Shown here piece after piece: positions 24,010 through 36,985 of a stretch of 64,000 nt of DNA. This DNA is from Raillietiella orientalis. Its lineage: Eukaryota. The stretch is from contig JAYWIR010000001.1 in NCBI GenBank assembly GCA_036172245.1, forward strand, positions 4,402,001-4,466,000, written 5' to 3'. The first letter of the stretch is position 1; each line of letters begins with the position of its first letter. The notes under the pieces were generated by a model, which made no database searches, was not told where the DNA came from, and saw only the letters and a list, made by a program, of their open reading frames with translations. Made by a program: the position numbers and the translations under genes.

Positions 24010-25293
24010 CGTCTCCCGGCTGACGCCGTCCCCATGGGGGCGTCAAGATCCCATCTCCGTCCCGTCCCGGAGTCGCTGGCACTCGCCTTCCCTCTTCGCT
24101 CCGCGCCACCGGAAGAGAGCCGGCCCGCAGTATCGTCTCGCAGGCGGCGCCAAGAGATCCGCTCGAAACGCCCTCCTCATCCCCAGGGTAGGCCGTGGAA
24201 AACAGTTACCAGAGCGTTCAGAAGTTTCGGGACTGTGAATTGAGTGGGCGCCTATGACCCGGGAGACTCCGCCGGCGCGCGCGGGCGGACGGGCGGCGTG
24301 CCGGCAGCCGGGTTTTTTTTTTGCGCCGGCCGTCCTGCCCCCGGCACTATCGTGGGAGCCAAAAGCGGAGGCGTTGTGCACCAGCAGGAAGTGCAGTTCG
24401 AGCAACTCGGAAGAACACACGGGGGGGGAGGAAGAGGAAGGGAAGTGCGTTTGCCGACGGGCAACGTGTAGGCGTCCCGAGAGGGAAGCCCTCGGGCCGC
24501 ACATCCTCCCCCGACGGATGCGTGGGTCATGGGAACGGGGGTCGGTTCAACCGTGGAATTTTCCGCTCGTCGTGGGGAGGGGGAGGATGGATGCTGGTGC
24601 TCCAGCGTCTACCTGTCCGCAACACCACCACCACCCGCGCCTGCGAGGCACACGGATGCAGACAGACAGGTGTCTCGGAACGACCGACCGGAAATGGAAG
24701 GAAGTTTCCCGATCCAGCGATGGTCCAGGACGAGTCGAGAAGGAGATGCTCGTATTCCGAAGGAGAGGAGGGGGTCAAGGGATGCGACTAGGAGATGCTC
24801 GAGTCGTGACTTTCTCCCCTCTCTTCTCCCCCCCCCCACACACCGTATTGAGGCACGGACGGTGAGCGGAAACAGATGCATCGGAGGAACGCTGTCACTC
24901 ATGTCGCCCCGGGTCGGGGAGGGAGGGAGCACGCGTTGCTTCCCCCTCTCCCGCAACCTCCGACGCGGAGTGCGCAGGACCTCGCGGAACTGAGTGGCGC
25001 TGCCGTCGTGGTCGCGGTCGCTTGCTCCTCTGCCTTCGAGTGAAGCCGTCGCACGATATGAAGGAAGCGGCTTCAATGCAGTAGGGGGGGAGGGGAAGGG
25101 GAAGAAGTTCCCGCCCTTCTCTCCCGTGTAGGAGGAACCTTCATTGTTGGAGTGCTTGTCAGAGCTCTTCGACCTTTAGCGAAAGTAGAACGCGGCGCGG
25201 CGCCGGTGGCGCCATCGAGGAAGACCGGGCGGGCGTCCGAAAGGAAAGGAAGGACGAATGTACGGTGATGCCTCCGCGACCCAGGTCGCTTTT

Positions 25294-26747
25294 TTATTTC
25301 TCTGGGAGGTCCTCCTCTGGGATCGAGGGGGATGTGGGGCTGCTAGTGCCCGCTGCGGAGGAGGTTCGCCGTCCGCTTCTCAGCAGGAGGAACATCCCCA
25401 CGGAGAGTAGGTACAGGGTCTCCAGGGCGAGCTTCATCGTGTCTTCGGTCTGGCTGCCCCCTTTCTCCTGCGAGGGCACGGCGCTGGGCTGCTGGGCGAT
25501 GGATTGGGTGATCCACACGCTGCTCTCCGCTCCCTTCAAGATCTGGCGAAGAAGCGCATCTTCAGCGCGCCGCTGCTGCCGTTCCCCGGCGTCAGACCTT
25601 GCGCCTCCGGCTCGCTTGCGGGGATCTCGGGCGCGCGCAGGTGTGCCCCCTGTGCTAGGGGCTCGCGGCTTCGGAAGGGCCCTACCACGACAGCACTCGG
25701 TAGCCGCCTCATCCATCGGCGCGGATCGTTCCGGCGCAGCCGCCTCCATGGTCAGCAGCGAAGGAGAATCTTCCGTGGCGGTGTCGAACCCCACGACCGT
25801 GCAGTGCTGCGCCGCGCCCTTGCGCACGCGCAGGAAGGTTGAAAAGGGACCCGGATGCCCTTGACCCCCCGCGGCGGCAGGAAGGAGGAGGAGGCATCCG
25901 CGGGCGAGCGACCGTCTCCCCGACCACCCATCCACCTCCGGAGGCGCTGCCGCGCGCGGTGCCCCCACTTGCCTTGAGCGACTCCTCAGGCTCCTTGGCG
26001 AGCATCATTTGGTTTTTCATGCCCAGGATTTCGACCTGCTCCCGGTACCTCTCTTTCTGGAGCGACCCGACCTCCTCTAGGAGGTTGGCGATCCTCCCGT
26101 TCGTCTTCGTCAGTAGCATCACCTCCCTCTGCAGCTTCTCCGTGTTCTGCTTCACCGTGTTGCGCCTGTCTTGCATCTTCCGGATGGACGTCTCGTGGTC
26201 CGCGATGCGCTCCTTCTGGAAGGTGTACTTGTTCTGCACCACCTCCAGGAACTTTTTCAGACGGAGGTTCTCGCTCTTCAGCGACCCGGACTCGCTCTCC
26301 ATGACGGCGCGCTGGTTCTCGCGGAGCTTGAAGAGTTCCTGCGTCTTCTTCAGCTCCTGGCGGTTCTCCTCCAGGTGGCGGTAGGCCATCTCCTTAGTGG
26401 ACGTCAGGCGTTCGATGGCCGCCTGCAGAGCGACCACCTGCTCCTTCAGCTGGTCGTCGTTGAGGCTCGCGGTGGAAGCAGAGGCAGGCAAGGGCCTCTG
26501 TGACTTCCCCTTCGGGAGGGGAGCGGGCGGGGTGGGGAGGAGGCTCTTCCGGATGATACCTCGATGGACCACCTACCTCTTCGCTCCGCGAGGCGGCGAC
26601 GGCGGCGGCGTCCTCGTCATCTTCGCGGGCTTTCCCTTCTTTTTCTTTCGGAGCTTCCTCTTCGGCCAGAGCTGGAACGAAAGGAACTTCCTTGGGCGAC
26701 CGCCCGGAACGAGGCGACCCCCCTCTGTGCGAGCTTCTTCGGCTCAT
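25294..26747 (-). CDS. Uncharacterised coiled-coil protein, about 410 aa; exons 26747-26577, 26509-25973, 25818-25294 (further 5' exons possible)
   Basis: Strong GC3 codon bias and heptad-like E/K/L/Q segment (LNDDQLKEQVVALQAAIERL...LQKERYREQVEIL). Introns 26510-26576 (GT-AG) and 25819-25972 (GC-AG) are both phase 0. The stop TAA lies inside AATAAA. Confidence 0.72.
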
Positions 26748-29700
26748 GAAAGCGGACTCCCTCGCAGGTCGCCCTGCCCCCAGCGAATCCTCCCTCCCCC
26801 TCCCCCCCCCGGTTGCCGCTTGTTCGCTCGCGCAAGTCCCCTCCGGAGCGTCACGAGACGGGAGAGAATGAATTCCCGCTTGCTCTGCTAAGCCCACATC
26901 CACAGAGGACCGCGACGGAGGACAAAGGTCCTCTCGGAAGCCTTTTTGCCGGGTGTTCATCTTCCTCCTGTGCACCGAGCATCCTCGGTTGTTGCCCGCT
27001 CTGTTCCCGCTCCGGCAGCACGTGCTGGCGGAATGACGTGGACCGAATCGACCAGCCGCAGCATCCCGGCCGTGAGTCAGACGAACAAGTGCTTCTGCCG
27101 TCGCCTCTCTCCAGGCTGGCGAACTGCGCGGGGCGAGCGCACCGCCGCCCGCTCTCCATAATGACCTTGGAAGCCGGGTGCATGTCTCGGTGAAGCTGGC
27201 CTTCCCCCCTCCGAAGGTCGCGGGATCACCAGAGCGTGACCTCGGTCCCGCTTTGCTCGTGGAGCTCGCCAAGCGCGCCCTCGAGGCGAGGCGATGGATC
27301 CTGGCTTTCTCTCGACAGGAGCAACTGCGCCCGCCGCGCCGTCTCTTTGCTCATGAGACGAGCGGGGGGACGATCCCTCCCTCAGTGGCCATGGAAGCGC
27401 TCCTTTCGTCTGCGACGTATCCCTCCCGGTAACAGCGAATGAGGAACAGTCGCATGGATGCAAGATGGTACGCGCACTGCTCTGCACGCAGTGGTTGGTA
27501 TATACAGCTGACGGTGCTGGGCAACGTGCAGGAAGGTCTCTTCCTGCTGCTGTTCGTAATTACCCTCGGCGCATGCGCGCCTCACCTTGCCGAGGGGACG
27601 TCTGGAGAAGTCAAAAGTTTGACCCTGATCTCGTGTCTTCACGGTTCGCACCACCCGTAAGCCGCAAAAGTCCGAAAAGTTGCTGCCACCCCGGTATGTG
27701 CAAATTTCGCACCCCTTAGTAACACACCGGTACGGAGCGCGAGCGAACCGAGCGAGTGTTCCGCCCTGATACGAAAGTCAACTTTCTTTTTCCCGTTTCA
27801 GATGAGCAGATGGATGGGGAGGAGGTGGAAATTATTCCCCTTCCTCCCCCCTTCTCCCTAGCCGGTGAGACGTTATTCCCGTTCATCCCTTTTTTTTGGG
27901 GGGGGGGGTCGTTCAAATGCACCGTTCGTCGACCGCTCGGTACGGGAAGCGAACGCCAAATTCACTGTGGCGCCAACTCGCTGTGCGCCTCGCGATGCGA
28001 AACATCTTCCTCACCCGGGAGACGGGCGGTGAGCACCCCAACGTGACATCGGCATCGCTGAAGAGGTTTCTGCCTAGTCCCCCTAGGAGTGCCACTCTGC
28101 TGGTGTATCTTGCAAGCCTCCACCGGAGGGAGGCGGCCGTCCTCCGCTGTCCACCGCGGGGCTGCCTCTTCCCGCTAGACAGGCGTCATGAATTCGCTGA
28201 CGTCAGCCATCATCGGCCGGCCGGATTGGGACGAACGAAGAAGAATGGCGGGAGCAACCTTGCCGTGAACTCGTGCTCCATTCACGCACCCTCCCTCTCT
28301 CTTTCCTGGTGCCCATCTCCAGGTGGCTGCTTCCGTTAAACCGGAGAGGAGGCAGAGTGGCTTCGGAACGGGGCCACCACAGTGGCGCAGGATGGCCGGC
28401 AGCTCCCCTCCAGAAGACACCCCAAAGAACGAGCAGGAGGACAGAACGCTGCGCCTTCCTCGAATCCATCCGGAATCCAGGCGCCGGAGGAACCTCCCTT
28501 TCGGGAAGCGAAACGAGTGGAGGGAGAGAGGTCGACCGCGGTCCTCCAGGGGTCAGGAAGGGGCGACGGTTGGGACGAGCGGGTGGTTCATGAGGTCTTC
28601 TCGATCGGAGCGCCGCGTGGATGACGCAAGCAGGCCTCAGGAGTCGCGGTGCGGCGGAGTCGGACCGCAGAGGTCACGCGCGCGGGGGAACGGACGGGGA
28701 CCCCGGGCGCTGGGCAGCAACCTCGCCACCAGCAAAGGACAGTGGAAAACGCGTCCATCTCTGGCGCCACCCTGCGCTCCTAGACCTCAGGGACCCCGCC
28801 AGATGACCATGGCGCCTCCTTTTCAAACCTCCACCGCCTGTCTCGAAATTTTCCGTCCGGAGATGGCGAAGGGCCACGGGTCGGACGATGGGCCCACCGG
28901 GGGGGCGTCGTCGGACCGGGGAATCGTCGGCGACGTGCCCCAAGTGCCATGAGGCCAGGATGGAGAGGCCGCGAGCCACGTCGAGGATTCCCGGTGCTCT
29001 CCCGGAAGTTCCCGTTTCCGAGGAGGAGCAGGACGAAAGAGTTTCCTTCTCCCGGGATCTTACCCTTTCCCTTCCAAAGGGATTCCAGAGGGACCTTCCC
29101 CGAGGAGCGGACAGGGAAGTCGTCTTCCCTCCTGGGATGCCCGCGAGGAAAGCGATGTGCGCGTCACCCTCGGAGGGCTGCGTGGGTTCCCCCGAAAGGA
29201 CCACCGACCGACTCCTCTTGCACGGACGAACGGTTCCCGCCGATCCCCTCAGACGTTTCGGGCTCCAGCCACCTCATGCTTTCCGAGCCTTCTCCTCCTT
29301 CCCTCCCTCACTAGACCCCAGCGGCGGGGGAGAGGGGTGGGATAGGAGGAGGGACAAAGTAAGGGGAGACGTCTTACCTGAAGCCGAGGAGGACTCCACT
29401 CTGTCCACGCTTCCCGTCCTCATGCTTTCCGTTTTTCCGGACTTCCTTTGCGCGGGAAACTTGGGACGAAGAGAGAGAATTACCAGCCTGCGCAGGGATG
29501 GATGCACGGGGGCATGTCTGAGAGAGAAAAGTGGGGGGGGGGGAGGAGGAGAAGAGAGGACTCCAGCGTCCCCTCTTCCCTCCAACTCTGCACACTGAGT
29601 TTCCACCTCATCCCGCCCCCTTTTGCTCTTCCCTGTTTCCCGACCGCTCTGCTCGCCCACGCGCGCGGGTTCCTGCAGGAGCGCATCTCGCCGTCGTCCT

Positions 29701-32700
29701 CCACGCCCCGGCTCCAAACGATCCACCCGGAGGAAAGCAGCGTACCGTGCGAAAAGACGCGTATGCGGAACATCCTCCACAGGGGGAGCGTTGGGCTCAG
29801 GGATAGAAGTCGTCAAGAGGAGCGACCGCCGCGTCCGGTCGGCCGGTCCCTACGAGATTTTCTCTTCTCCGATGCAGTGGGGTGGGAAAAAAGAAAGAAA
29901 AAGGAAGATGGCGGCCGCGAAATCCAAAGCGCCTCGTCCGCCTTCGTGGTGGCGTCCGCTCCCGCGACCTCGGCGGGAGACCGCCACCGCTCAGCGTCCG
30001 CACCGCTGCTGCACGTCACGCGCGTCTCCCCTTTGTCTTTCGCTGCTGGGAAATGGCAGAGTAGCTGGCTGGTTACTCACTGTCGCCGGTCTCTTTTCGG
30101 CCTCGGCATCGTCGGTCCCGGAAACCAGCAACGGTTGGGAAGGGAGCAGCTGCGACGAAGGGGCGGCGTAGTCCACGTCTTCGCCGCCATCGTCCTTGCC
30201 CTGTGGGTTCGTGTTCCGCCTCTGAGTGGACATGGCCCAGTGACCCCGTCCACGCGCCGGGGCGAACCACCGATCACGATCTAAACATCCCTAAGCATCT
30301 CTTCCAAAAGCCTGGAAAGAAATCCTTCGCTACTGCATTCGCTGGCAATCTTTGCACGTGTCCTCTAAACCGAGAAGCGAGACCGCCGAACCGCTCGCGC
30401 CATCTCCCGCGTCGACAGGCACATAGGCGGTGCGCCTCGCTCCGCACCAGCCAATGAAGCGTTGCGCTTCATTTTGCGGGAGGAAGGGGTTAAAAATAAG
30501 CAAATAAACAAGTAAATCCAGATCTCCTCTCAGCGACCGAGAAGACGTACAGACAGACACACAGACAGAGAGAGAGAGAGAGGAGCAAGAAAACATCCAC
30601 GTTCCGGCGCCGTGTCGACTGTGCGCGTCCACTTCCCGATCCACACGCCCGCACGCACGGCAGAGGGAAGGGGGGAGAAAACGGGCGACCGACCTCCGAG
30701 CGTGGCGACCCGCCGGCGCTTCGCCCGCCTACCAGTGCTGCCGCCGCCGTCCCGCAGGATTCTCGCCGAACCCACATAATCCTTCGGCCGACCATTCGCC
30801 CCCGTCCGACTTGCACACGACGAGCGCGCGCGTCTCGAAGACTTCCCGAGACGTCCCGCCGGACGCATGCGTGAGCGGCAACCAGAGAGGCGGTGGCGCA
30901 TCAAGGGTGCCAGAAGGCATCCCCGTGCGAGTTCTTGGGCGTTTTTCGCAGGCGCCGCAAAGTCTGCATGGCGGTGCAAGAAATGCTAACCTACGTGTTT
31001 TTTTCCGCAACTTCGCAATCGGATTAGCAACAATGCATTGCCGATTCTAAAACACGTTTTTTTTTTTTTTTTTTGGCGGGGGGGAGATGCGCACACACAT
31101 TTCGACGTGCAGCTTGAAACAGCGGACACCAAGAAGAGCACATCTTGTACATAAAGAAACTCTCATTTGAGTGTCGTTGCGGAACGCCATTTAGAACAAG
31201 TCCAGAACGATGTCGCAGCTGCGATTCGTTCCTGGCCGAAAAAAAAAAAAAAAAAAAAAAAAGCTTCCAAACAACACGCGCGAGTTGGGTGCTTGCATTC
31301 TTTTTTTCGGTGTTGTTGTCGTCGTTGACACTTGAACATTCAAGCTGAGGCTGCGAGGCTGAATGTCGAAAAATCACGCAAATCGAAAGCCTCAGACACG
31401 AACTCCCATGAAATTATAAAACCACAGAATCCAAACATCACAAAGTCAGTTCTTTATACGCTGGCCTTTGCAATGTTTACTAAATCACACGAATGGAAGC
31501 TGCGTTTGCACTAAACACGTGGCTTTCCTTTGGAACACAGAAAGACTCGAAATGGCAACTGGTTTTTCTTGTGTTGCAAAGTAATATTTGAAATGTGGCC
31601 TATCACTGGTTCTGTGACAAAATTACTTGGTTTCTTTTTCTTTTTTTTTTTAAAAAAAAAAACAGACTGTGTGCGATTGTTTGCGCAACTAATTTGAACT
31701 TTGGCCAATCTTTGTGGCCTCTATCGCCTCTTAAGTTACAAGAAAATATTTGAGCAATTTATACATCGGAACATCCAGGCTGAAATGTGAAATCGAAACC
31801 AACACGCTATTACGAAAATTGTTAGCTAGCAACTGGAGTCTAAATTTTTTTTCACACACTGGGTAAATGCAAGGAACCAACAAGAGCACATAATCTTCTC
31901 AGAACAAGAACACGGGATTTAAAAATACTGTAGATCGAATTGAAATTTTGGTGGGGATTCTAAAAATAAAATACATCAACATTGGTTGACGACAGCTGGA
32001 TCCGAGTTGAATTGCGGAGAGAAAATACGTTTTTGTGTGTCTGCCGATGTTGGCAATCCTGTATGAAGTGCTTTACGCTAGCGTACTTTCGGTGTGTGTA
32101 TCCATATGGTTTGTATTGACTGTGAGAAAGTCAATACGAGTGTGGTGTACTGCAAACATTAATGGATAGGAAATGCAGGCAACGGGCATTTCAACGAAGG
32201 ATGAATTCCAAAATAAGATTTAAACCCGTGTGAATAAGGTATGAAGGGTATGTAGAATGAAGAAAATGCTCCTGACCCGCAGTTCGTAATCGTGATCAGC
32301 ATTTGTGTACGTACCGAACACCTTCCGGCACGAACACATAGGCTACCGAGGATGCTGACGGGATGAAGAAAATTTGCTTGCGTTATCAGGTCCGCGTTGA
32401 AAATGTCAACGGTTCCCTGAATGCGTGAATTGATGATGAATTTCATGAGGACGCGAACAAGAGGGCGCAGGCCTAACGTGAGCATCCGCTTGGTTCTGGA
32501 ATCTGGTGCTGATCCCGGAAAAGGTTGCTTCAGTACGCCTCGACAAGAACAAGTATAGAAACTTCGGATCACCGAGTTTCGATTCGAGTTCTTGCGAGAA
32601 GCCGCTGGCGCGCATCGTGTGATCTGTGGCCGATGGGTTTTCGTTCGCATCACAGCAGCAGCCCCACGCAGCTGTCACCACTCCGTGCAGCCATCCACCC

Positions 32701-35700
32701 AAGTGCTTGGGCAGATTAGACTTTCGATGAGACCGAGTGATCCATTCTCCAGTCGATCTCCCGATGGCCTCCGGCTGCCGGAAAGGTTCGCAGGTTCGCA
32801 GCGCCAGGAATTCGTTTTGTGTGGTGGATTCGTCATTCGAAGAAAACGAGAATGTGAACTGCCGCCCGTACAGTTAGTACAAATTAGTGTTAGTACATCC
32901 GTCGTTAGCCGAGTTGTGCGCTGTACGTGCGTAGGAGTAGTGTGCACGCCTCCTCCTCCTCCCCTTCTAACCCTGCTGTCGCCGTTTCCCTCTTCGCTTC
33001 CGCGGAGCGAGGATGCACAGGAGCGAAGTGACCTGTTGTTGCTGACTTGCGTGCAGCACGAGCCGAGACAAAAAAGTGTCCTCCGTTGCGTAACACTTCC
33101 GCAGTGACTTGTGTGTGTCTCTGTCTGGAGACCCTGGCGGATCGCTGGATCCTTCGGCAAGCGCCCACGACCTGCACCATGCCGGCATCATTTTAACTGC
33201 TGTTGTGTTTCGAGTCCCGAGGGATAGGAGTGGGAACGATGACAACAGCAGACAGCCAATGGGCAGCCCTGAGCGAAACACGTGGTGAAGTCCGGCGCGT
33301 CTTTCGATGGGAAAACTTGGCCGTCGGTGTACGGGCGCGGGACAGGGCGACCTCGCGCTCGTGGAAGTGAGCTCCCGGGGGTGCTCTCCGTCTACCCAGC
33401 CTCTTTGTTCACGCAGGGTTCTGGACCCGTGCTCGACCTTCGCAGGGTCCTGCAGGCGCGATGCGGCTATACGGCCCTTGGCCAGCGTGCCTTTGCGCAT
33501 TAGCCCCGAGCACCCGCCCAGGCGAAGATACGTGGGTCCCGGCCGACCGACTGCGTGCAGTTGCTGGGAGAGCAGCGTTTCCGGGAGCTCGAAGAGTACA
33601 GTGGTCGACCGGATGAAACTCGGTGACCGGGGAGCGAGTTGACCGCGGGAAAGCGCGCTTGCCGTCTGAGGCGACTTTAGCCGCGACGAGGACGCTTGAA
33701 GGCTTGCTGACGTCACTTTTCCGTGACCCGGCTCGTGTGCTTGGAAACTTCGCCAGCGCCGGTTTGAAGATCGATGCCCGCCGGCGGTGCAGCTCGGAGC
33801 TTGTCGAGTCACGCGGCTTCGGTCTCTGGTAAATCAAATCAAGGACGAAAGTCATGGTGGTTGGATTTTTTTTCTTGTTGCTTCCTGAGGGGTTCGAAGC
33901 GTTACGTCACGTAAACCTTAATGTAATTCCATTCATGGGTTTCATTAAGCAACATAAATAAATGCGTTCAATTTGTTGATTAGAGATATATGCATATTAT
34001 TACCCGTTACACGATATCCATATTGCTATTCAGATTACACCTTTTCATCACCTTGTATTCACAGTATATAATAATTGACTTTGAGAAAGCGTGAAAGCTT
34101 TGATTTGCGAGTACCAAAAGTGTTCTGATCGCAGTGTTTCCTAATATCGTAAGGGGACAGCGTACAAAATAAAAGAAAAGAAAAGAATTTGTCGAGAGTA
34201 ATTTGTTATAATGATCATTGACTTCGATGGTTAATAATCGTTATGACGAATTGATTTCAATAATAATTGATCTCAGTGATTCACTAAAGTGAAGGGCTCA
34301 TGAACTCGGCTTACAGACTTTAAAAACCGTATGTAGTGTATGTATGCAATGCAAACTGCAAGCCGTGGAACGTGGAAATGGGAATTTGGAAGCTGCTTTC
34401 CACGTGGAAAGGAAAGGGGGAGCAGGCTGTGGTAGTCATGGCAACCTCTCTCTTGAGGAACGACGCGGCTCCGCGAATTACACGGGGGAAATTGCTTCGG
34501 GTGGAATACCTGTGTGTCTCGTCCGCACTGGCGCCTGGACCTCGCAATTCAGCGTCCTCGGATCTGGACCGCCAGACGATCTGGAAAATTAGGAGCGCGA
34601 GTTTCCAGCTCGGTGGCCACCCAAGCCCCTTCGCCGCAGACGTCCAGGATCGTGTTTTTGGGAGTGCGTCTCTGCGGCGCGCGCGCTTCCGTGGGGAGGG
34701 CTGGAGAGACAAGCTCTCGCCGTCGTAGGGGCGTGCGGATCCCGCCGAAGGAAGGAGATGGGGACCGGATCGCCGGCCAGCTGACTGGCTGGCTGCTGTT
34801 TCCCTCATTCTCCGCTGCCCCTCTGCGGCGTTGCGTGCGCGCGCCTTTGTCTGTCTCGAAAGGCTGGAAATCTGGAAGTTCTTTTCTGGAAAACATCCTG
34901 CGCGTTTTTCGGGGTGCAGGGACTTCGCGGTGCGGAAGGTGACGGGCGAGAGCGAAGGATCCTGGGGCGGCGGGGCTGTGAGAGGGTCCGGCTCCGCGCC
35001 GAGACGAGCAGCGGTCCTCTCCCGCCGGAGAGTGTCGCCGGCCGCTGGCATGGGTGCTCGCAAAACCTCAAAAATCCTAAAGAGGCAGAGGCTGGAACTT
35101 TCTCCGTGGGAGAACCTCCCTTCCTCCCCCCTGCCGGACCTTGGCTTCGGACTTCTAATGTCGAAAGCGTCCCCATCGGGGAAAATACCACCCTTCCTCC
35201 CGCTTTCCGGTTTCAAGGTCCTCCGCTGCCCTCCGGACAGTGGAGAATACGGAAGGGACATTAGGGTCCCGTCGAGAGGTTCCGGCGGCCCGCAAGGCGC
35301 CTCTTCGTCGCCTTCCCGCTGTTGTCATGGCAGCCCCTGAGTTCCTTGCCCGGAGCACTCGAGTCGCTTGGCAGTGCTTGCGATACGCGTGAGTGCCAGC
35401 GTGATATCATAGCCGATGGGAAGGCGGGTTCTGCCTCCCCCCCTCTTGTTTGTCGTCGGCTGTGCGGTCAGCTGGGACCCTCCGCTCTCGAGGTCGGCGA
35501 CCCCCTCCCCTTTTCACGAGGTCCGCCGCCATCCTCCCTCGCCGCGCATTTGCCACGCCCCACCAGCCGCAGAGACGCGAGCGCGTGTCTATGTATCGGG
35601 ATTCTTGCTGACGGCGCTCTCCTTCCTTCCGGAAGAAGGTTGCGTGGCAACCCGCAGCAGCTTCCTGGCAAGGAAGCTTTGGGGGCGAGGGGATCCGGCG

Positions 35701-36829
35701 CGGCTACCTCCTTGGCCGGTGCGCGTTCACGGTCCCCCCCCCCCCTCTGAATTGTTCTCTCGCAACTCCTTCGACAGCAGGGAGGAGGAAGGTGTTGACG
35801 GCTTCCGCCTCCGTCTGCGTTCGTCTTCTTGGAGACGCGCGCGCGCGCGCGCGAGCTCGAGCCGTGTTGCCGCCTGCCAGATCGCGCCTGATACTCGGAA
35901 CGCGGGTCCCGCATTTCTTTCCTTTGGCGAGCGCTCGTGCGCGTGCAGGGCTGCTCGCTCCACGGGGGGCCGCGGGTCATTTTTTTTCTCTCTTTCCCCT
36001 CCTTTTGCCTCCTGCCTCTCCCCAGGGGGGAAGGGATGTCGGTGCGGCGGGTCCTTACCCGAGGGGGGCGGGTACCCCGCTTGCTCCAGCAGCGGCGGAG
36101 CGAACGTTCCCAGCCAAGCCGCCGGCGTCTCTGCTTCGCAGTCAGCCTGCTCGAACAGCCCAGGGTCTGCTCCTCCTCCTCGCTCTCTCAGCAGCTGCTC
36201 GCTCGTCTCCTGGCCGCGAGGGCGAGGCAGTGCAGCGGCCGCGCGAAGGAACGAGCGCTCGCTGCTGCTACCCTTTCGCTCCAGGGCCGTCACCTCATCC
36301 ATCGCTCCGGACTCGCAGAATCCGGACCTAGAGCCTCGATTGCCCTCTTCCAGCGGCCACCACCACCACCACCACCACCACCATACTCCCCTGCTGAAAT
36401 ACTTCTACCAGGATGCAGCAGTCGGCACTGCTCGATCTCGTCCGATCGCCTTGGAAACGCCGACCTGCCATCCAGCTTTGTGGCCGAGTCCAGGTCCCTC
36501 CTCATTATTGTCCCCCCCCCCACTCCGCGTGCCAGACGGGAGTGCGAGTGCGGGCTGCTCTTGGCACGCTGGCCGAAAGCCACCGGCAGAGAATCGCTCG
36601 CGGCGTCTCCTTCCTCCCCCCCTCGGTTGCCGAGCGACGGAACTCAGAGACGCCCTGCTCTCGGAACCTCCCAACCGTTTGAACTGCGGCGGGTTTCAAG
36701 CGTCCTCCTCGGCTTCAGTTTGACACTTAGCGGTGTGATTCGGGGGGTGGTCGGTCCCTGTTCCGAACCTATTATCGTCCGTGTCCAGAATCTCGTCCCC
36801 TCACATCTCACACGGCGGAGGCGGACTGA

Positions 36830-36985
36830 TGGTGGTGGTGACTGTGACGACAACGACGAAAAGGGGGAGGAGGAGGAGTACTGATGATGATCATTATGAT
36901 GATGATGACAAGGGGAAAGATGGAAAAAGGAAGTGGACTGATGATGATGATGAAGAGGAGGAGGAGGAGGATGGGAGGAGAGGTA
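36830..36985. repeat. Mixed (GAT)n/(GAG)n/(GGT)n trinucleotide low-complexity tract
   Basis: Visible interrupted triplet runs. Confidence 0.8.
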
